A stretch of DNA of 64,000 nt from Candidatus Thorarchaeota archaeon SMTZ1-45 (GCA_001563335.1 LRSL01000013.1:39583-103582), one strand, 5' to 3'. Numbered from the stretch's first letter, positions 10,526-20,428 are shown. Notes: generated by a model not told the origin, from the sequence alone. A program made the numbers and translations.

Positions 10526-10659
10526 ATCTAAGTCATCCGAGCTATCGTGTATTTTATGATGCATATTATGTTTCTGTTATCACGATTTATCTATTGAGCC
10601 GCAATCAGCACGCTTTTTTAACATATGAGCGTTGGATTTCTAATTCACAGGTGGTTTCA

Positions 10660-11442
10660 GTGCGAATCGGAACGATATATGGCGATGTGTTTGCGGAACG
10701 AGTCATTGGAAATCTGATCAATTTCAAGACATTCTGTGAGGGTTGCGAGCCTGTTTGTGCTGAGTGCAGGAGTGGCTATGGTTCGTTTGTTGGTGATATT
10801 GTAAGCATTCACCCCACTGATCCTCCCTCTCCAACTATGATTGAAAATCCTGAAGAGTTCATTAAGAACCTAAATCTAACTCCCTGCGATCTTCTCCTGA
10901 TTGTAGCAATCCATCATGATCTCCTAGCAGCTGTCGATTTGTTGGTTGAAGCCACTGGTGCAAAGGCGGTCTTAGTACCAATAGAAGATCCCACTTGGGT
11001 GCCACCTGGTTTAAGAGCGCAAGTGAAAGAAACTCTGGACAATATAGGTATTGAATCAGCTTTTCCCAAACCATTCTGTACACTTGAACTTGGAGAAGGG
11101 AAGCTAATCGATGAATTCATCCAGACCTATAAAATCGGAAGTCCAATTCACTATGTAGACATGAATGACGATGTAATTGCTGAAATTGGTCCAGTAAGGT
11201 CCGCCCCATGCGGTTGCACTTGGTATGTAAGTCAAAAAATCAGAGGGAAATCAATATCTGATACTGATGCACTATTTGATGAGATTGCGAAAGCACACCA
11301 CTCATATCCGTGTACTGCATCAATGGCAAAGGATAGAGAGATTGGAGATGCTCTCCTTCATATTGCTGGATACAATGCACGCTATGCAGTCTGTAATGCG
11401 ACTGGGATTAAGGATTGCAAGTTCTCCACCGACAAAAACTGA
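10660..11442 (+). CDS. DUF166 family protein
   Basis: PKPFCTL, RSAPCGCT and YPCTASM motifs. Likely GTG start at 10660. Confidence 0.8.
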   Translation: MRIGTIYGDVFAERVIGNLINFKTFCEGCEPVCAECRSGYGSFVGDIVSIHPTDPPSPTMIENPEEFIKNLNLTPCDLLLIVAIHHDLLAAVDLLVEATGAKAVLVPIEDPTWVPPGLRAQVKETLDNIGIESAFPKPFCTLELGEGKLIDEFIQTYKIGSPIHYVDMNDDVIAEIGPVRSAPCGCTWYVSQKIRGKSISDTDALFDEIAKAHHSYPCTASMAKDREIGDALLHIAGYNARYAVCNATGIKDCKFSTDKN

Positions 11443-11452
11443 GTGATGATAA

Positions 11453-12094
11453 ATGCCAGACGAGATATACGATTATTGGATGGTCGTAGCAAAGGACCTT
11501 GCTGTGAGATTTAATATCGACCAGTTTGATACGAGCTCTGCTATGTGGAGTTGGGACAATTTCTCTGAGGACATTCAATCTCTGAGGAGTAGGTTAGGAC
11601 TAGGTGACATGAATGCCGAGATTCTTGGATTGAGATTAGATTTTGAAACTGGTGAGGTTTATGATGTGCTAGTGGACAAACCTTCACACAGTAGTCGTTT
11701 AATACCATACCTGTTCTATTACAGTAAAGCAAAGGATGAGGGGATAAGTGGCGAGTGGGTCAAGTTCAATACACTTCGTGGATCTTGGGCATGTAGATAC
11801 TCATTCGATGAAGAAGATGTGGGCAAACTAATCACAGTCTTCAATGAGAATCAGGATGCAATGTTTGCTGCCATTGAGAAATTGGGTGGAAAGCGAGTCG
11901 ATTTTGGAAACGCTGCGTTTGAGGTATCATTCCTTCCATATGTGAAGGTGCTCTTGATTTTCGAGGAGGCTGATGAAGAATTCCCTGCAGATGTTAGGTT
12001 ACTCTATGATTCAAACTCAGTCTTCTATCTACCACATGAATTACTAGGAACTATCAGTTGGTTTCTCGCGGAACGAGTTATGAAAGCCATCTAA
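11453..12094 (+). CDS. DUF3786 family protein
   Basis: GEWVKFNTL..LPYVKVLLIFEEADEEFPADVRLLYDSN..LPHE pattern. Confidence 0.8.
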   Translation: MPDEIYDYWMVVAKDLAVRFNIDQFDTSSAMWSWDNFSEDIQSLRSRLGLGDMNAEILGLRLDFETGEVYDVLVDKPSHSSRLIPYLFYYSKAKDEGISGEWVKFNTLRGSWACRYSFDEEDVGKLITVFNENQDAMFAAIEKLGGKRVDFGNAAFEVSFLPYVKVLLIFEEADEEFPADVRLLYDSNSVFYLPHELLGTISWFLAERVMKAI

Positions 12095-12288
12095 GAATCT
12101 GCAAAAAGTGCATTTTACATCACATATCCGTTCGAAAACGAAAAACGAAGTTCCAAATTCGCCCTAGGGCTTTTAAGGCGGATGTTTTTCAGTATTGCTT
12201 GCAAAGTAAACCAGATTTGTGTTCCTGTTAGTCATTTTTCAGACACATAATCTGGTTAACATGAAAAGTTACAAAGGCGAGGAACAAA

Positions 12289-13347
12289 ATGACTGAAAAA
12301 GTTTTGAAGACCGTCTGTGCTGGAGTAGGTTTTGTTGGCGGTGCAGCTCATGTTCCATCATTCCGTAAGGTACCTAACTCTCAATTATATGGCCTACTAG
12401 CCAGGAAGGGTAGGGACAGTGAGAAGTATGCTTTGAAATTGAAGGAAAAGATGGCGAAGAAAGATAATTTCGACATCAAGATCTACTACGATTGGAGTGA
12501 TGTCTGTAAAGACCCTGAAGTTGATGCTGTATGTGTTGCTACACCTACACCATTCCACTATCCAATGGGCAAAGAAGCACTTGAAGGTGGTAAACATGTC
12601 TACTTGGAAATGCCAATAGCTCCAAAACTCAAGGAAGCCGAAGAACTGGGTAAACTTGCGGAGAAGAAGGGCGTGGTCCTCATGCCTATCCTGAATTTCA
12701 GACGTTGTCCTGGTTATTTGAAGGCAAAGGAACTCCTTGATTCTGGTGCGATTGGAAAACCGATTGCTATCACATTTAGAGAGTTTATTGCCGCAGAGGA
12801 TTTAGCGGACCAGTGGCCTCTAAGTGGATGGGCTTGGGACATTGAAAAGGCTGGAGGGTATCCAGATTACACGTTATCAGTATGGAGTCTTGATATGCTT
12901 CAGTGGTTCTTTGGCAGTCCTCTCGAAAACGTCCAGTGGACTGCAAACTACAAACCCATAGAAGGGATTAATGATTTCAAAGGTTACCAAACTGTGGGAA
13001 TAATGAAGTTTGCCAATGGCGTAGTTGGTACAACAATGCTTGGATCAACTGTAGCAAAAGGTCTAGATCTCAGCAGGTTTGAGATTTTTGGAAACAATGG
13101 CAAAACCATTCTTGTTGATTGGATTCCAAGTAAAAACCGAGAGGTCTTTGATGTAACCCTCTTTGGTAAGGATGATGATAAAGAGAATTGGCAGGTTGAA
13201 GGACCGGGTCCACAAATTTGGGGACACAAACAAATGATCTCTCACTTCGTCCAAGCGTGTCTTGGTAACGAGAAACCCGAGTGTGGCTACAAAGATGCAA
13301 TTGCAGCACAAAAGTGGGCAGATAAGATTGTAAGCAATCTTATGTAA
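12289..13347 (+). CDS. Gfo/Idh/MocA family oxidoreductase
   Basis: GVGFVG Rossmann start, DAVCVATPTPFH and GKHVYLEMP. Confidence 0.88.
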   Translation: MTEKVLKTVCAGVGFVGGAAHVPSFRKVPNSQLYGLLARKGRDSEKYALKLKEKMAKKDNFDIKIYYDWSDVCKDPEVDAVCVATPTPFHYPMGKEALEGGKHVYLEMPIAPKLKEAEELGKLAEKKGVVLMPILNFRRCPGYLKAKELLDSGAIGKPIAITFREFIAAEDLADQWPLSGWAWDIEKAGGYPDYTLSVWSLDMLQWFFGSPLENVQWTANYKPIEGINDFKGYQTVGIMKFANGVVGTTMLGSTVAKGLDLSRFEIFGNNGKTILVDWIPSKNREVFDVTLFGKDDDKENWQVEGPGPQIWGHKQMISHFVQACLGNEKPECGYKDAIAAQKWADKIVSNLM

Positions 13348-13364
13348 CGAGGTCTATCTAATAT

Positions 13365-13396
13365 AGAGGGGGATTTCCCCTCTTATCCTATTTTTT
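13365..13396 (+). terminator. Hairpin plus T-run between convergent genes
   Basis: AGAGGGG-gattt-CCCCTCT followed by a T-run. Confidence 0.55.
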
Positions 13397-13412
13397 CATT
13401 GGTATACTGGCT

Positions 13413-14393
13413 CTACTTCCAAATATGGATAGAAACCTTTTCGTCTTCAATTTTCAAATATGAACCACGTGTGCTCAGCCAACATCCCGCATCAGCAACC
13501 ATTGTTTCCTGACTAATATATGGTGTATGACCATGACCACTAATCAGGAACTCGTCATCCTTTAGATCCACTGTAAGTGAGGCCGCCTTTCGCTTTATTT
13601 GATTCGCCTCATTTGCTAGGCGAGGTGGCAAGGATGTTCTATTCGGATATGGATCGATATTTCGAAGCATTTGTTCCCAGTCTGTGTTGAACTTCTCTAT
13701 CTCGCTTAACAACCTTGAACTTCTATGAGCAACATCTTCAATATCACTTACTTCTTTGAGCAACTCCCATTCATATTGTAGCCCTTTCTTTTCCTCTTTC
13801 ATACTTCCATCAAGAGGTCCAGCGAGCTCCTTTTCAATAGCTATCTGAGTTTCGTGACTAATATTTCTCACTTTATTTCTCGTCTTCTCTGGTAGGGTTT
13901 CAGCAAAACGATAGATTATATTCCATACATCTGAAAGGTCTTGATCACCACTGTCCACAAGACACATAGCTTGACTAAAGACCTCGTAGAAACTTAATGC
14001 AGACCAATAGTCGATTTGATGACCATGAATGAATCTTAGTTTAAGTCCATCGCTCTGAATCTCTAGGGTTTCTGAAACCTTATCTAATACTCCTGTGGAG
14101 CTCTCAGGAACTAAAGAAGAGTTCTGATTCAGTATGCTGAGAATTGCATAGTCATGATTTCCTACCAAGTAATTCTTCGTCATATCTAGTCCACTAAGCT
14201 CTGTGAGAACATCTAAATTCTGTTGCAAAACGTGTGAGTTTGTATATCTCCACAAATCCAGAATATCTCCAAGCAAAACAATACGAGAAATATCACTCTG
14301 ATTAGGTTCCAGGAATTGGTGGATAAATTCATAGAATCCCGATTTATTTGCCATTTGACTTCCCAAATGCAGGTCAGCTAAAACGATAATCAT
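13413..14393 (-). CDS. Calcineurin-like metallophosphoesterase (LpxH-like)
   Basis: DLHLG, GDILD, GNHD, HGH and GHGH motifs. Confidence 0.88.
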   Translation of the reverse strand: MIIVLADLHLGSQMANKSGFYEFIHQFLEPNQSDISRIVLLGDILDLWRYTNSHVLQQNLDVLTELSGLDMTKNYLVGNHDYAILSILNQNSSLVPESSTGVLDKVSETLEIQSDGLKLRFIHGHQIDYWSALSFYEVFSQAMCLVDSGDQDLSDVWNIIYRFAETLPEKTRNKVRNISHETQIAIEKELAGPLDGSMKEEKKGLQYEWELLKEVSDIEDVAHRSSRLLSEIEKFNTDWEQMLRNIDPYPNRTSLPPRLANEANQIKRKAASLTVDLKDDEFLISGHGHTPYISQETMVADAGCWLSTRGSYLKIEDEKVSIHIWK

Positions 14394-14403
14394 GCTATCT
14401 TCC

Positions 14404-14838
14404 TCAATGATTATGTGGATGATTTTCATCTTCTCCCTCAGGCAAGAAGAAGGTGAAGAGTCTTACATACTCGATTCCTTTCAGCCCTGAAATCTTGTTT
14501 GCTAGATCTTCAATTGGTTCTTTCTTTCCTCTCAGTGTGATCACTTCCAAACAATGACTTTTCGAAACATGGACGTGAACAGTGGAAACTACATTAGCAT
14601 GTCCATCATGTTGTACTCTCATGAGTTCCGCCATCAACTTTGGTTTATGTTGATAGACTATGTTCAAACTAGCCATGGTGCCCTCTTGATTTTCCTCCCA
14701 TTCAGTTTGCGAAATAAACTCCCGCATTGCATCTCTGATTGCTTCCGATCTACCAACATATTTCTTCTTCTCAACCAGCTTGTCAAACTTCTCCAACAAA
14801 TCCTCTGGAACTGATACACCAAATCGCTTGAGTGCCAT
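14404..14838 (-). CDS. nikR: Nickel-responsive regulator NikR
   Basis: RFGVSVPEDLL..RSEAIRDAMR RHH domain plus the HVH..HCLE nickel site. Confidence 0.95.
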   Translation of the reverse strand: MALKRFGVSVPEDLLEKFDKLVEKKKYVGRSEAIRDAMREFISQTEWEENQEGTMASLNIVYQHKPKLMAELMRVQHDGHANVVSTVHVHVSKSHCLEVITLRGKKEPIEDLANKISGLKGIEYVRLFTFFLPEGEDENHPHNH

Positions 14839-14858
14839 AACACGAATCACCCATAATA

Positions 14859-14885
14859 GTAACACGATTTCACTAGAAGTAACAC
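14859..14885. promoter_or_regulatory. Candidate NikR operator
   Basis: GTAACAC-N13-GTAACAC in the divergent nikR/nikM intergenic region. Confidence 0.65.
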
Positions 14886-14933
14886 ACTTAAGTAAATATG
14901 TTTGCATCTTTGAAGTGGAAAGGTGCGAGAAAA

Positions 14934-15641
14934 ATGCATGTTCCTGATGGTGTGTTACCATTTTGGGTCTATATCCTCTTCATAGCCATTAGTCTTCCAA
15001 TGCTTGGATTTGCAATTCGTAATGTCAACAAGCGGTTTGATGATAGATTAACTCCCTATATGGGAGTATTAGCAGCAGTAATATTCGCCGCGCAATTTGT
15101 AAACTTCCCAGTCCCTCCCTCAAGTGGGCATCTTGTGGGCACGACGCTTCTTGCTGTGTTGCTTGGACCATGGGCTGCAATGGTGATAATGGCATTAGTT
15201 CTGTTTGTCCAAGCTCTATATGGTGATGGAGGATTACTTGCATTTGGTCTCAATTTCTTCAATATGGGCATCTTGGGTGCCATCTTTGGATGGGGGATTG
15301 CAATGGTCATTTTCAAAGGACTAGCCAGATTTCAAGATGAGAAAATATCTGTTCTTGTTGCGACTTCAATTTCTGCATTCATTACAACAGTAGCGACAGC
15401 TTTTGTGTTGGGTCTTGAATTACTTGCAATTCCTGGATTGAGTTTTGATTTTGTGTATATCATTACTGGTATTCACGGACTCATAGCTGTCGGTGAGGCT
15501 ATCCTTACATTTGTGATACTCCTTTACTTTGTCAAAGCATCACCAAAGATGATTTCCTTCCTAAAAGGCAGTGATACTGGTAAGGCTCTCAGAAGATCAA
15601 AAAAGTTAGAAATTGAACCAACACTCGAGGAGGGAATTTGA
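14934..15641 (+). CDS. nikM: Ni/Co ECF transporter substrate component (NikM/CbiM)
   Basis: N-terminal MHVPDG metal-binding motif, FAAQFVNFP..SGHLVG and GDGG. Confidence 0.9.
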   Translation: MHVPDGVLPFWVYILFIAISLPMLGFAIRNVNKRFDDRLTPYMGVLAAVIFAAQFVNFPVPPSSGHLVGTTLLAVLLGPWAAMVIMALVLFVQALYGDGGLLAFGLNFFNMGILGAIFGWGIAMVIFKGLARFQDEKISVLVATSISAFITTVATAFVLGLELLAIPGLSFDFVYIITGIHGLIAVGEAILTFVILLYFVKASPKMISFLKGSDTGKALRRSKKLEIEPTLEEGI

Positions 15642-15928
15642 TGGATAGGAACACCAATTTGAGGATATTAATCCCTGTTATTGTACTACTGTTTACGATT
15701 ATATCTGTCCTGATTTTGACTGGTCTTGCCTCTGAGAATCCTGATGGATTCGAATGGTCGTTGTTCGAATGGGCTGGAATCGCAGAGCCTGAAGGCGGGT
15801 TTGGAGGTATATTCTCCTTTCTTGGAGAAGGTCCTCTTGTAGATGTCGTAACAGGAGGCATAGGAATTGTTGCAATTCTAGTAATTGCCTACCTTTTCTT
15901 CAAATTCACTTCTCTTAGAACAGAATAA
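15638..15928 (+). CDS. PDGLE-domain NikN-like membrane protein
   Basis: ASENPDGFEW between two TM helices, within the nik operon. Confidence 0.85.
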   Translation: MMDRNTNLRILIPVIVLLFTIISVLILTGLASENPDGFEWSLFEWAGIAEPEGGFGGIFSFLGEGPLVDVVTGGIGIVAILVIAYLFFKFTSLRTE

Positions 15929-15982
15929 TCCACCTTATAGATTAACATCAACAAATGGAACGAATCTCGGAGAAATATAATA

Positions 15983-16768
15983 ATGGCAACATTCCTATTA
16001 CCCTTTAGCGAAGGCCGAGCGAATATGCAACGGTTTTCACCAACAGCTACTTTACTATTTGCAATTGGTTTAGGAATATACATTGCCATCCAAACAAATC
16101 CCTATACTGTTCTCTTAATTCTGCTATTGATATTTGCTGGAGGACTCATCTCCTATACAAGATGGAGGGTAGTTCTTTCTCTTGCAGCTAAATTCGAACT
16201 CCTCATTCTATTTTGGATGTTCTTTATGCCTTTTCTATACGGAGAAACAGTGATACTTTCAATAGCTCATCCTTGGGGATCTTTGAATGTGTATTATGAA
16301 GGTCTTTCGTTTGGAATTCTAATTGGTCTTAGAATGATGACAATGGTTATGCTCTTTATATCCGTTCTCTCTCATATGTCACTTACTGAGTTCATCGGAG
16401 CATTACGTACTTTGCGAGTTCCAAATATAATTCTTGGCTCCCTACTGATAATGCTTCGGTATATCCCACTATTCATGACTGAGCGGAAACGTATGCATGA
16501 TGCACAACATCTACGCGGTTATAGTCATGGTAAACGGTTTGAACGAATCAAGTCCCTAGGTTATCTTGTTGGTACAACTATCAATCGTTCATTTGAAAGA
16601 AGTGCAAATGTCTATGATGCCATGAGTCTTCGAGGATTTGGAAAAGGGCCGATGGTATCAGGTAGTGGTTTCAAGCGTACTGACATTCTTCTCCCAGCCT
16701 TATTGCTCGTCTTTGTTCTAAGTCTTCCTTTTCTAGTTTCAATAATTATGGAGGTCCTAATGTTATGA
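15983..16768 (+). CDS. ECF transmembrane component (NikQ/CbiQ)
   Basis: ALRTLRVP, RYIP, AQHLRG and AMSLRGF motifs. Confidence 0.9.
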   Translation: MATFLLPFSEGRANMQRFSPTATLLFAIGLGIYIAIQTNPYTVLLILLLIFAGGLISYTRWRVVLSLAAKFELLILFWMFFMPFLYGETVILSIAHPWGSLNVYYEGLSFGILIGLRMMTMVMLFISVLSHMSLTEFIGALRTLRVPNIILGSLLIMLRYIPLFMTERKRMHDAQHLRGYSHGKRFERIKSLGYLVGTTINRSFERSANVYDAMSLRGFGKGPMVSGSGFKRTDILLPALLLVFVLSLPFLVSIIMEVLML

Positions 16769-17523
16769 CATGTGCGATCGATGTTGATCATGTGTTTTTC
16801 AAATATGATGAGTTTAAAATGGAAGACATCAACTTCCAACTACATGTTGGTGAACAGAAAGCTCTTGCTGGCCTGAATGGGTCTGGAAAAACCACCTTGT
16901 TCAAGCTTCTCCTCGGACTGCTTGAGCCAGACTCAGGTGATATTTACATTTTTGACAAGAAACTCACAAAAGACACACTCTGGGAAATCAGACAGGATGT
17001 TGGCTTTCTATTTCAAAATCCAGATGACCAGCTCTTCGCACCTACTGTATGGGAGGATGTTGCTTTTGGTCCTCGTAATTTAGGACTGTCAAAAGAAGAG
17101 GTCGAAGATAGGGTTGAGTGGGCACTTGATAGAGTTGACATGTCCAAATTTGTGAACCGACCAGTAAACCAGATGAGTCATGGACAAGCAAAACGAGTAG
17201 CACTTGCTGGTATCATTGCAATGAGACCTAGCATTTTGATTCTTGATGAACCCTTTTCGGGACTTGACTTTAAGATGGTCACAAATATGATAGATATAAT
17301 CGGGAGATTAAGACAGGAAGGTGCTAGTATACTCTTTACTACTCACAACAGTTTCTTCATAGAAACTTTGTCTGACTCAGTTGCCGTGATAAAGGAAGGT
17401 CGGATTGTTTACGATGGACCTACCAAAGAAGCAATGAGAAGTAGAACAGTGTTTGAGAATATTGGTGATTGGGGCCAACTGAGAAAACAGATTATGTCTA
17501 CCAGAAGTTCTCTTTTAGAATGA
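16765..17523 (+). CDS. ECF ATPase (NikO/CbiO)
   Basis: GLNGSGKT, FQNPDDQLF, MSHGQ and LDEP motifs. Confidence 0.92.
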   Translation: MTCAIDVDHVFFKYDEFKMEDINFQLHVGEQKALAGLNGSGKTTLFKLLLGLLEPDSGDIYIFDKKLTKDTLWEIRQDVGFLFQNPDDQLFAPTVWEDVAFGPRNLGLSKEEVEDRVEWALDRVDMSKFVNRPVNQMSHGQAKRVALAGIIAMRPSILILDEPFSGLDFKMVTNMIDIIGRLRQEGASILFTTHNSFFIETLSDSVAVIKEGRIVYDGPTKEAMRSRTVFENIGDWGQLRKQIMSTRSSLLE

Positions 17524-17568
17524 GTTCGATATGGTTAAAAGGCACTTTCCAAGAACTCCAATTTGAAC

Positions 17569-17656
17569 GCGGAGGTTGCCAAGCCAGGTCAAAGGCGTAG
17601 GGTTCAGATCCCTATTTCGTAGGAATTCGCGAGTTCGAATCTCGCCCTCCGCACCA
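17569..17656 (+). tRNA. tRNA-Leu (CAG), encoded CCA, no intron
   Basis: GCGGAGG/CCTCCGC acceptor stem, TAGGG-TTCAGAT-CCCTA anticodon arm, long variable arm, GTTCGAATC T-loop and ACCA end. Confidence 0.95.
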
Positions 17657-17668
17657 TTTTCATTATTG

Positions 17669-18109
17669 TCATTCATCTTGCGGGAGAATGAACATTGTTT
17701 CTATCCTTTCCACACCTTCCAGCTTCTCAAGTTCTCCTGTGATAAATTTAGCAAGTTGAGGTATGTCTTTAACTCGAACCTTACAAATGAAGCTGGCTGG
17801 TCCTGTAGTTCTAAGAATCTCTGAAATCTCATTGTATTTAGAGAGCTTCTGATAGATTTCATAAGAATCTCCAGGTCTAGAAATGATTAAAACGACTACC
17901 TGAGCCTCATATCCAAGTTTCCTATGATCCAGCTCAAGTGTATATCTTTTAATGACGCCTTCATCGACAAGACGTTCCATTCGGTTTCTAACTGAACTAG
18001 GACTAAGTTTTACGATAGCTCCAATCTCTCTTAGAGACCTTCGGGCGTTCTTTGTGAGCATCTCGATGATTCTAAGGTCCGTGTCATCAATCCTTTCAGT
18101 TGAGCCCAT
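17669..18109 (-). CDS. Lrp/AsnC family regulator
   Basis: DDTDLRIIEMLTKNARRSLREIG..RMERLVDEGVI HTH plus RAM domain. Confidence 0.92.
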   Translation of the reverse strand: MGSTERIDDTDLRIIEMLTKNARRSLREIGAIVKLSPSSVRNRMERLVDEGVIKRYTLELDHRKLGYEAQVVVLIISRPGDSYEIYQKLSKYNEISEILRTTGPASFICKVRVKDIPQLAKFITGELEKLEGVERIETMFILPQDE

Positions 18110-18143
18110 CTAGAACATCCCTTTCTTGAAAAGATTGAATGCT

Positions 18144-18542
18144 CTAAGTTTTCACCCTAGTAATTACCTTGGTGCCCATGACATCCCATACTTCAACTGC
18201 TACATTGAGCTCAATTTTCGAAGCAATATCATCATCTGTTGGCTTTGGAACCTCATAAGTCACAAAGGTTTCACTATCCATGAGGCTGTAGGTTTCACCC
18301 ATATCAGCTATTACTGTTGCACTCGTTTTTTCAATAACTGGAACATCAACCATCCGGTCTGCTGGCATGATGACATTACGTTTCCGGTTGTCAAAGAAAC
18401 CAATGGCTACAATGTTTGCCTTGGCTGCGCCATGCTTTCCAGGCTTTGATTTTTCTATTGATACAACTTTGCAGGGTTCACCATCTATCAGAAAGTAGCT
18501 TCCAGGTTTGAGGCCCTTGGCTTCAGACTTCTTAATGCTCAC
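18144..18542 (-). CDS. eif5a: Translation factor aIF5A
   Basis: SKPGKHGAAK hypusine loop. Confidence 0.97.
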   Translation of the reverse strand: MSIKKSEAKGLKPGSYFLIDGEPCKVVSIEKSKPGKHGAAKANIVAIGFFDNRKRNVIMPADRMVDVPVIEKTSATVIADMGETYSLMDSETFVTYEVPKPTDDDIASKIELNVAVEVWDVMGTKVITRVKT

Positions 18543-18677
18543 TCTAAATCACCAACTTCGTCTTGCAGACCTGTGTTAGTCCCCCTCCATTCCTTTCATG
18601 TATATATATTTGGGGGCGGTAGAGTTTTCTTTCCATGACAACAAGTGTAAAAGGGGCTTGAAAAAAGCCAAGCTTGG

Positions 18678-19559
18678 GTGTGTTCTAATTTGATTGAAGA
18701 GGACCCACAGATTCTCACTGAGAAAAGGGCTGTAGGACTTATCTGTAGACCTGACCGCCCTGAAATTGAAGAGATTGCTAATCAGATAGCTGAATTTCTA
18801 ATTTCGGAAAACCTGAGCGTGCAGGTTGATCCTGGTTCCTGTAATATCGTTCACAAGAAAGCACAACCCACCTTGATAGAGAAAATGGATGTTGACTTTG
18901 TAGTTACAATTGGTGGGGATGGAACAATTCTCTATACACTGACAAAGCTGAAGGATCGCGAAACTCCCTTATTCTGTGTCAATCGAGGAACTGTAGGATT
19001 TCTCACGGAGAGCGACACTGAATCTGCTATCTCATCACTTAGGAATATTCTAGAGAATGAATGCATCATCGAAAACAATGTTAACATTAGTTCTGGGGTT
19101 GGCGAGCGGAGATTCGAAGATGCTCTAAATGAAGTGTATGTCGTGTCCAAAATACCTGGACGACTCTTAAGTCTGCAAGTATATGTTGATGGGGTTGAAA
19201 TTGATTCTGGACGAGCTGATGGAGCAATGCTTGCAACACCAGTTGGATCCTCTGCTTATGCTCTTGCAGCAGGTGGGTCTATTCTTGCACCAAATGTTAA
19301 TGGGCTCATTTTTGTGCCAGTATGCCCGCCTAGATTTGAACTCAAATCAGTCGTAGTACCGGATTCTGCAACTGTAGAAATCGAGCTTGTCAAACCAGGA
19401 GTTTCTGCCTATGCTGTGATTGACGGTCAGACAAGATGGGAGATTGCTCCGCATGAAACAGTGTGGATGAAAAAGTCTGAGGGTGTTTCTCGATTCATTA
19501 GACTTTATGATAATTACTACGATCGATTGAACACGCGTCTTGTTCCTCGTGTCTTATAG
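18678..19559 (+). CDS. nadK: NAD kinase
   Basis: GGDGT, LNE and TPVGSSAYALAAGG motifs. Confidence 0.95.
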   Translation: MCSNLIEEDPQILTEKRAVGLICRPDRPEIEEIANQIAEFLISENLSVQVDPGSCNIVHKKAQPTLIEKMDVDFVVTIGGDGTILYTLTKLKDRETPLFCVNRGTVGFLTESDTESAISSLRNILENECIIENNVNISSGVGERRFEDALNEVYVVSKIPGRLLSLQVYVDGVEIDSGRADGAMLATPVGSSAYALAAGGSILAPNVNGLIFVPVCPPRFELKSVVVPDSATVEIELVKPGVSAYAVIDGQTRWEIAPHETVWMKKSEGVSRFIRLYDNYYDRLNTRLVPRVL

Positions 19560-20084
19560 GTGACTCAAATGTCACAGGTCTATGTTGTTGATGCAGGCGT
19601 CTTGTTTTCAACATGGACTAAGAAAATCCCAGATGCAACCCTTGTGACAACTAGTAATATTCTGTCTGAGCTTCACAATAAGCCTAGCCAGTTTAGGTCA
19701 GAAATTCTTATGGTCATTAATAGGATGCGTGCTATTGATCCGGAGGAAAAAGAGATCCATAGAACAACTGATGCTGCTTCTCAATCTGGCGATATCTCTG
19801 TTCTCTCAGAAAATGACATAGAACTGATTGCTCTTGCACTTAAAATCAAAAATGAGGGCAAAAAAGTAACACTGGTGTCTACAGACTTTGCAGTGCTCAA
19901 TACTGCGAGTCATCTAGATATCGCAATTCTTGACCCATCAGGTAAGTTCAAGGAACAAATTACTTGGGTAAGGAGATGTCCTGCTTGTAAATACAAGTCT
20001 AAGACCCCATCGGATGATATTGAATGTCCCGTATGTGGCACAGAAATGCGTAGAATGTCCTTGCGAAAGCGAAAGATGTCTTAA
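19560..20084 (+). CDS. nob1: Nob1 rRNA-processing endonuclease
   Basis: PIN domain (VVDAG, LSENDIELIALA, STDFAV) plus CPAC..CPVCG zinc ribbon. Confidence 0.9.
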   Translation: MTQMSQVYVVDAGVLFSTWTKKIPDATLVTTSNILSELHNKPSQFRSEILMVINRMRAIDPEEKEIHRTTDAASQSGDISVLSENDIELIALALKIKNEGKKVTLVSTDFAVLNTASHLDIAILDPSGKFKEQITWVRRCPACKYKSKTPSDDIECPVCGTEMRRMSLRKRKMS

Positions 20085-20158
20085 AACTGGTAATACTCTG
20101 GTCTTACATCATGTAATATGGTTACATTGAGAGGATACTTGTTGGAGAGTTGTCCTGA

Positions 20159-20428
20159 TTGAAAGATAAACCTGGACTCACGATACAACGAGATTTAGAT
20201 GACATAAAGACCCAGGTCAAGAAAGAGTTAGATACCATAAGAGACCTCATGGACTCTTTTGAGTATCGCAATCCATCCTCCAACTGGAGTGCTCCTTTTC
20301 AGATACATCGTCTGCGTAGAGCTTTGAGAATTCATTATCTTGCTCTAAAGATCAGAGACTCTACTCCTCAAAGTCCAAGTATGCGAAACTTATCTTGGGA
20401 TTTACATAATGATCATGATTTACCATGA
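20159..20428 (+). CDS. Hypothetical protein
   Basis: ORF fills the gap and has a GGAG-like upstream sequence; no recognisable motif. Confidence 0.4.
   Translation: MKDKPGLTIQRDLDDIKTQVKKELDTIRDLMDSFEYRNPSSNWSAPFQIHRLRRALRIHYLALKIRDSTPQSPSMRNLSWDLHNDHDLP

Noticed and set aside
17569-17700. tRNA as an integration site
   Set aside because: No integrase and no duplicated tRNA 3' end were seen; the flanks are housekeeping genes.
17576-17824. 82-aa ORF
   Set aside because: It overlaps tRNA-Leu and is antisense to the lrp gene.
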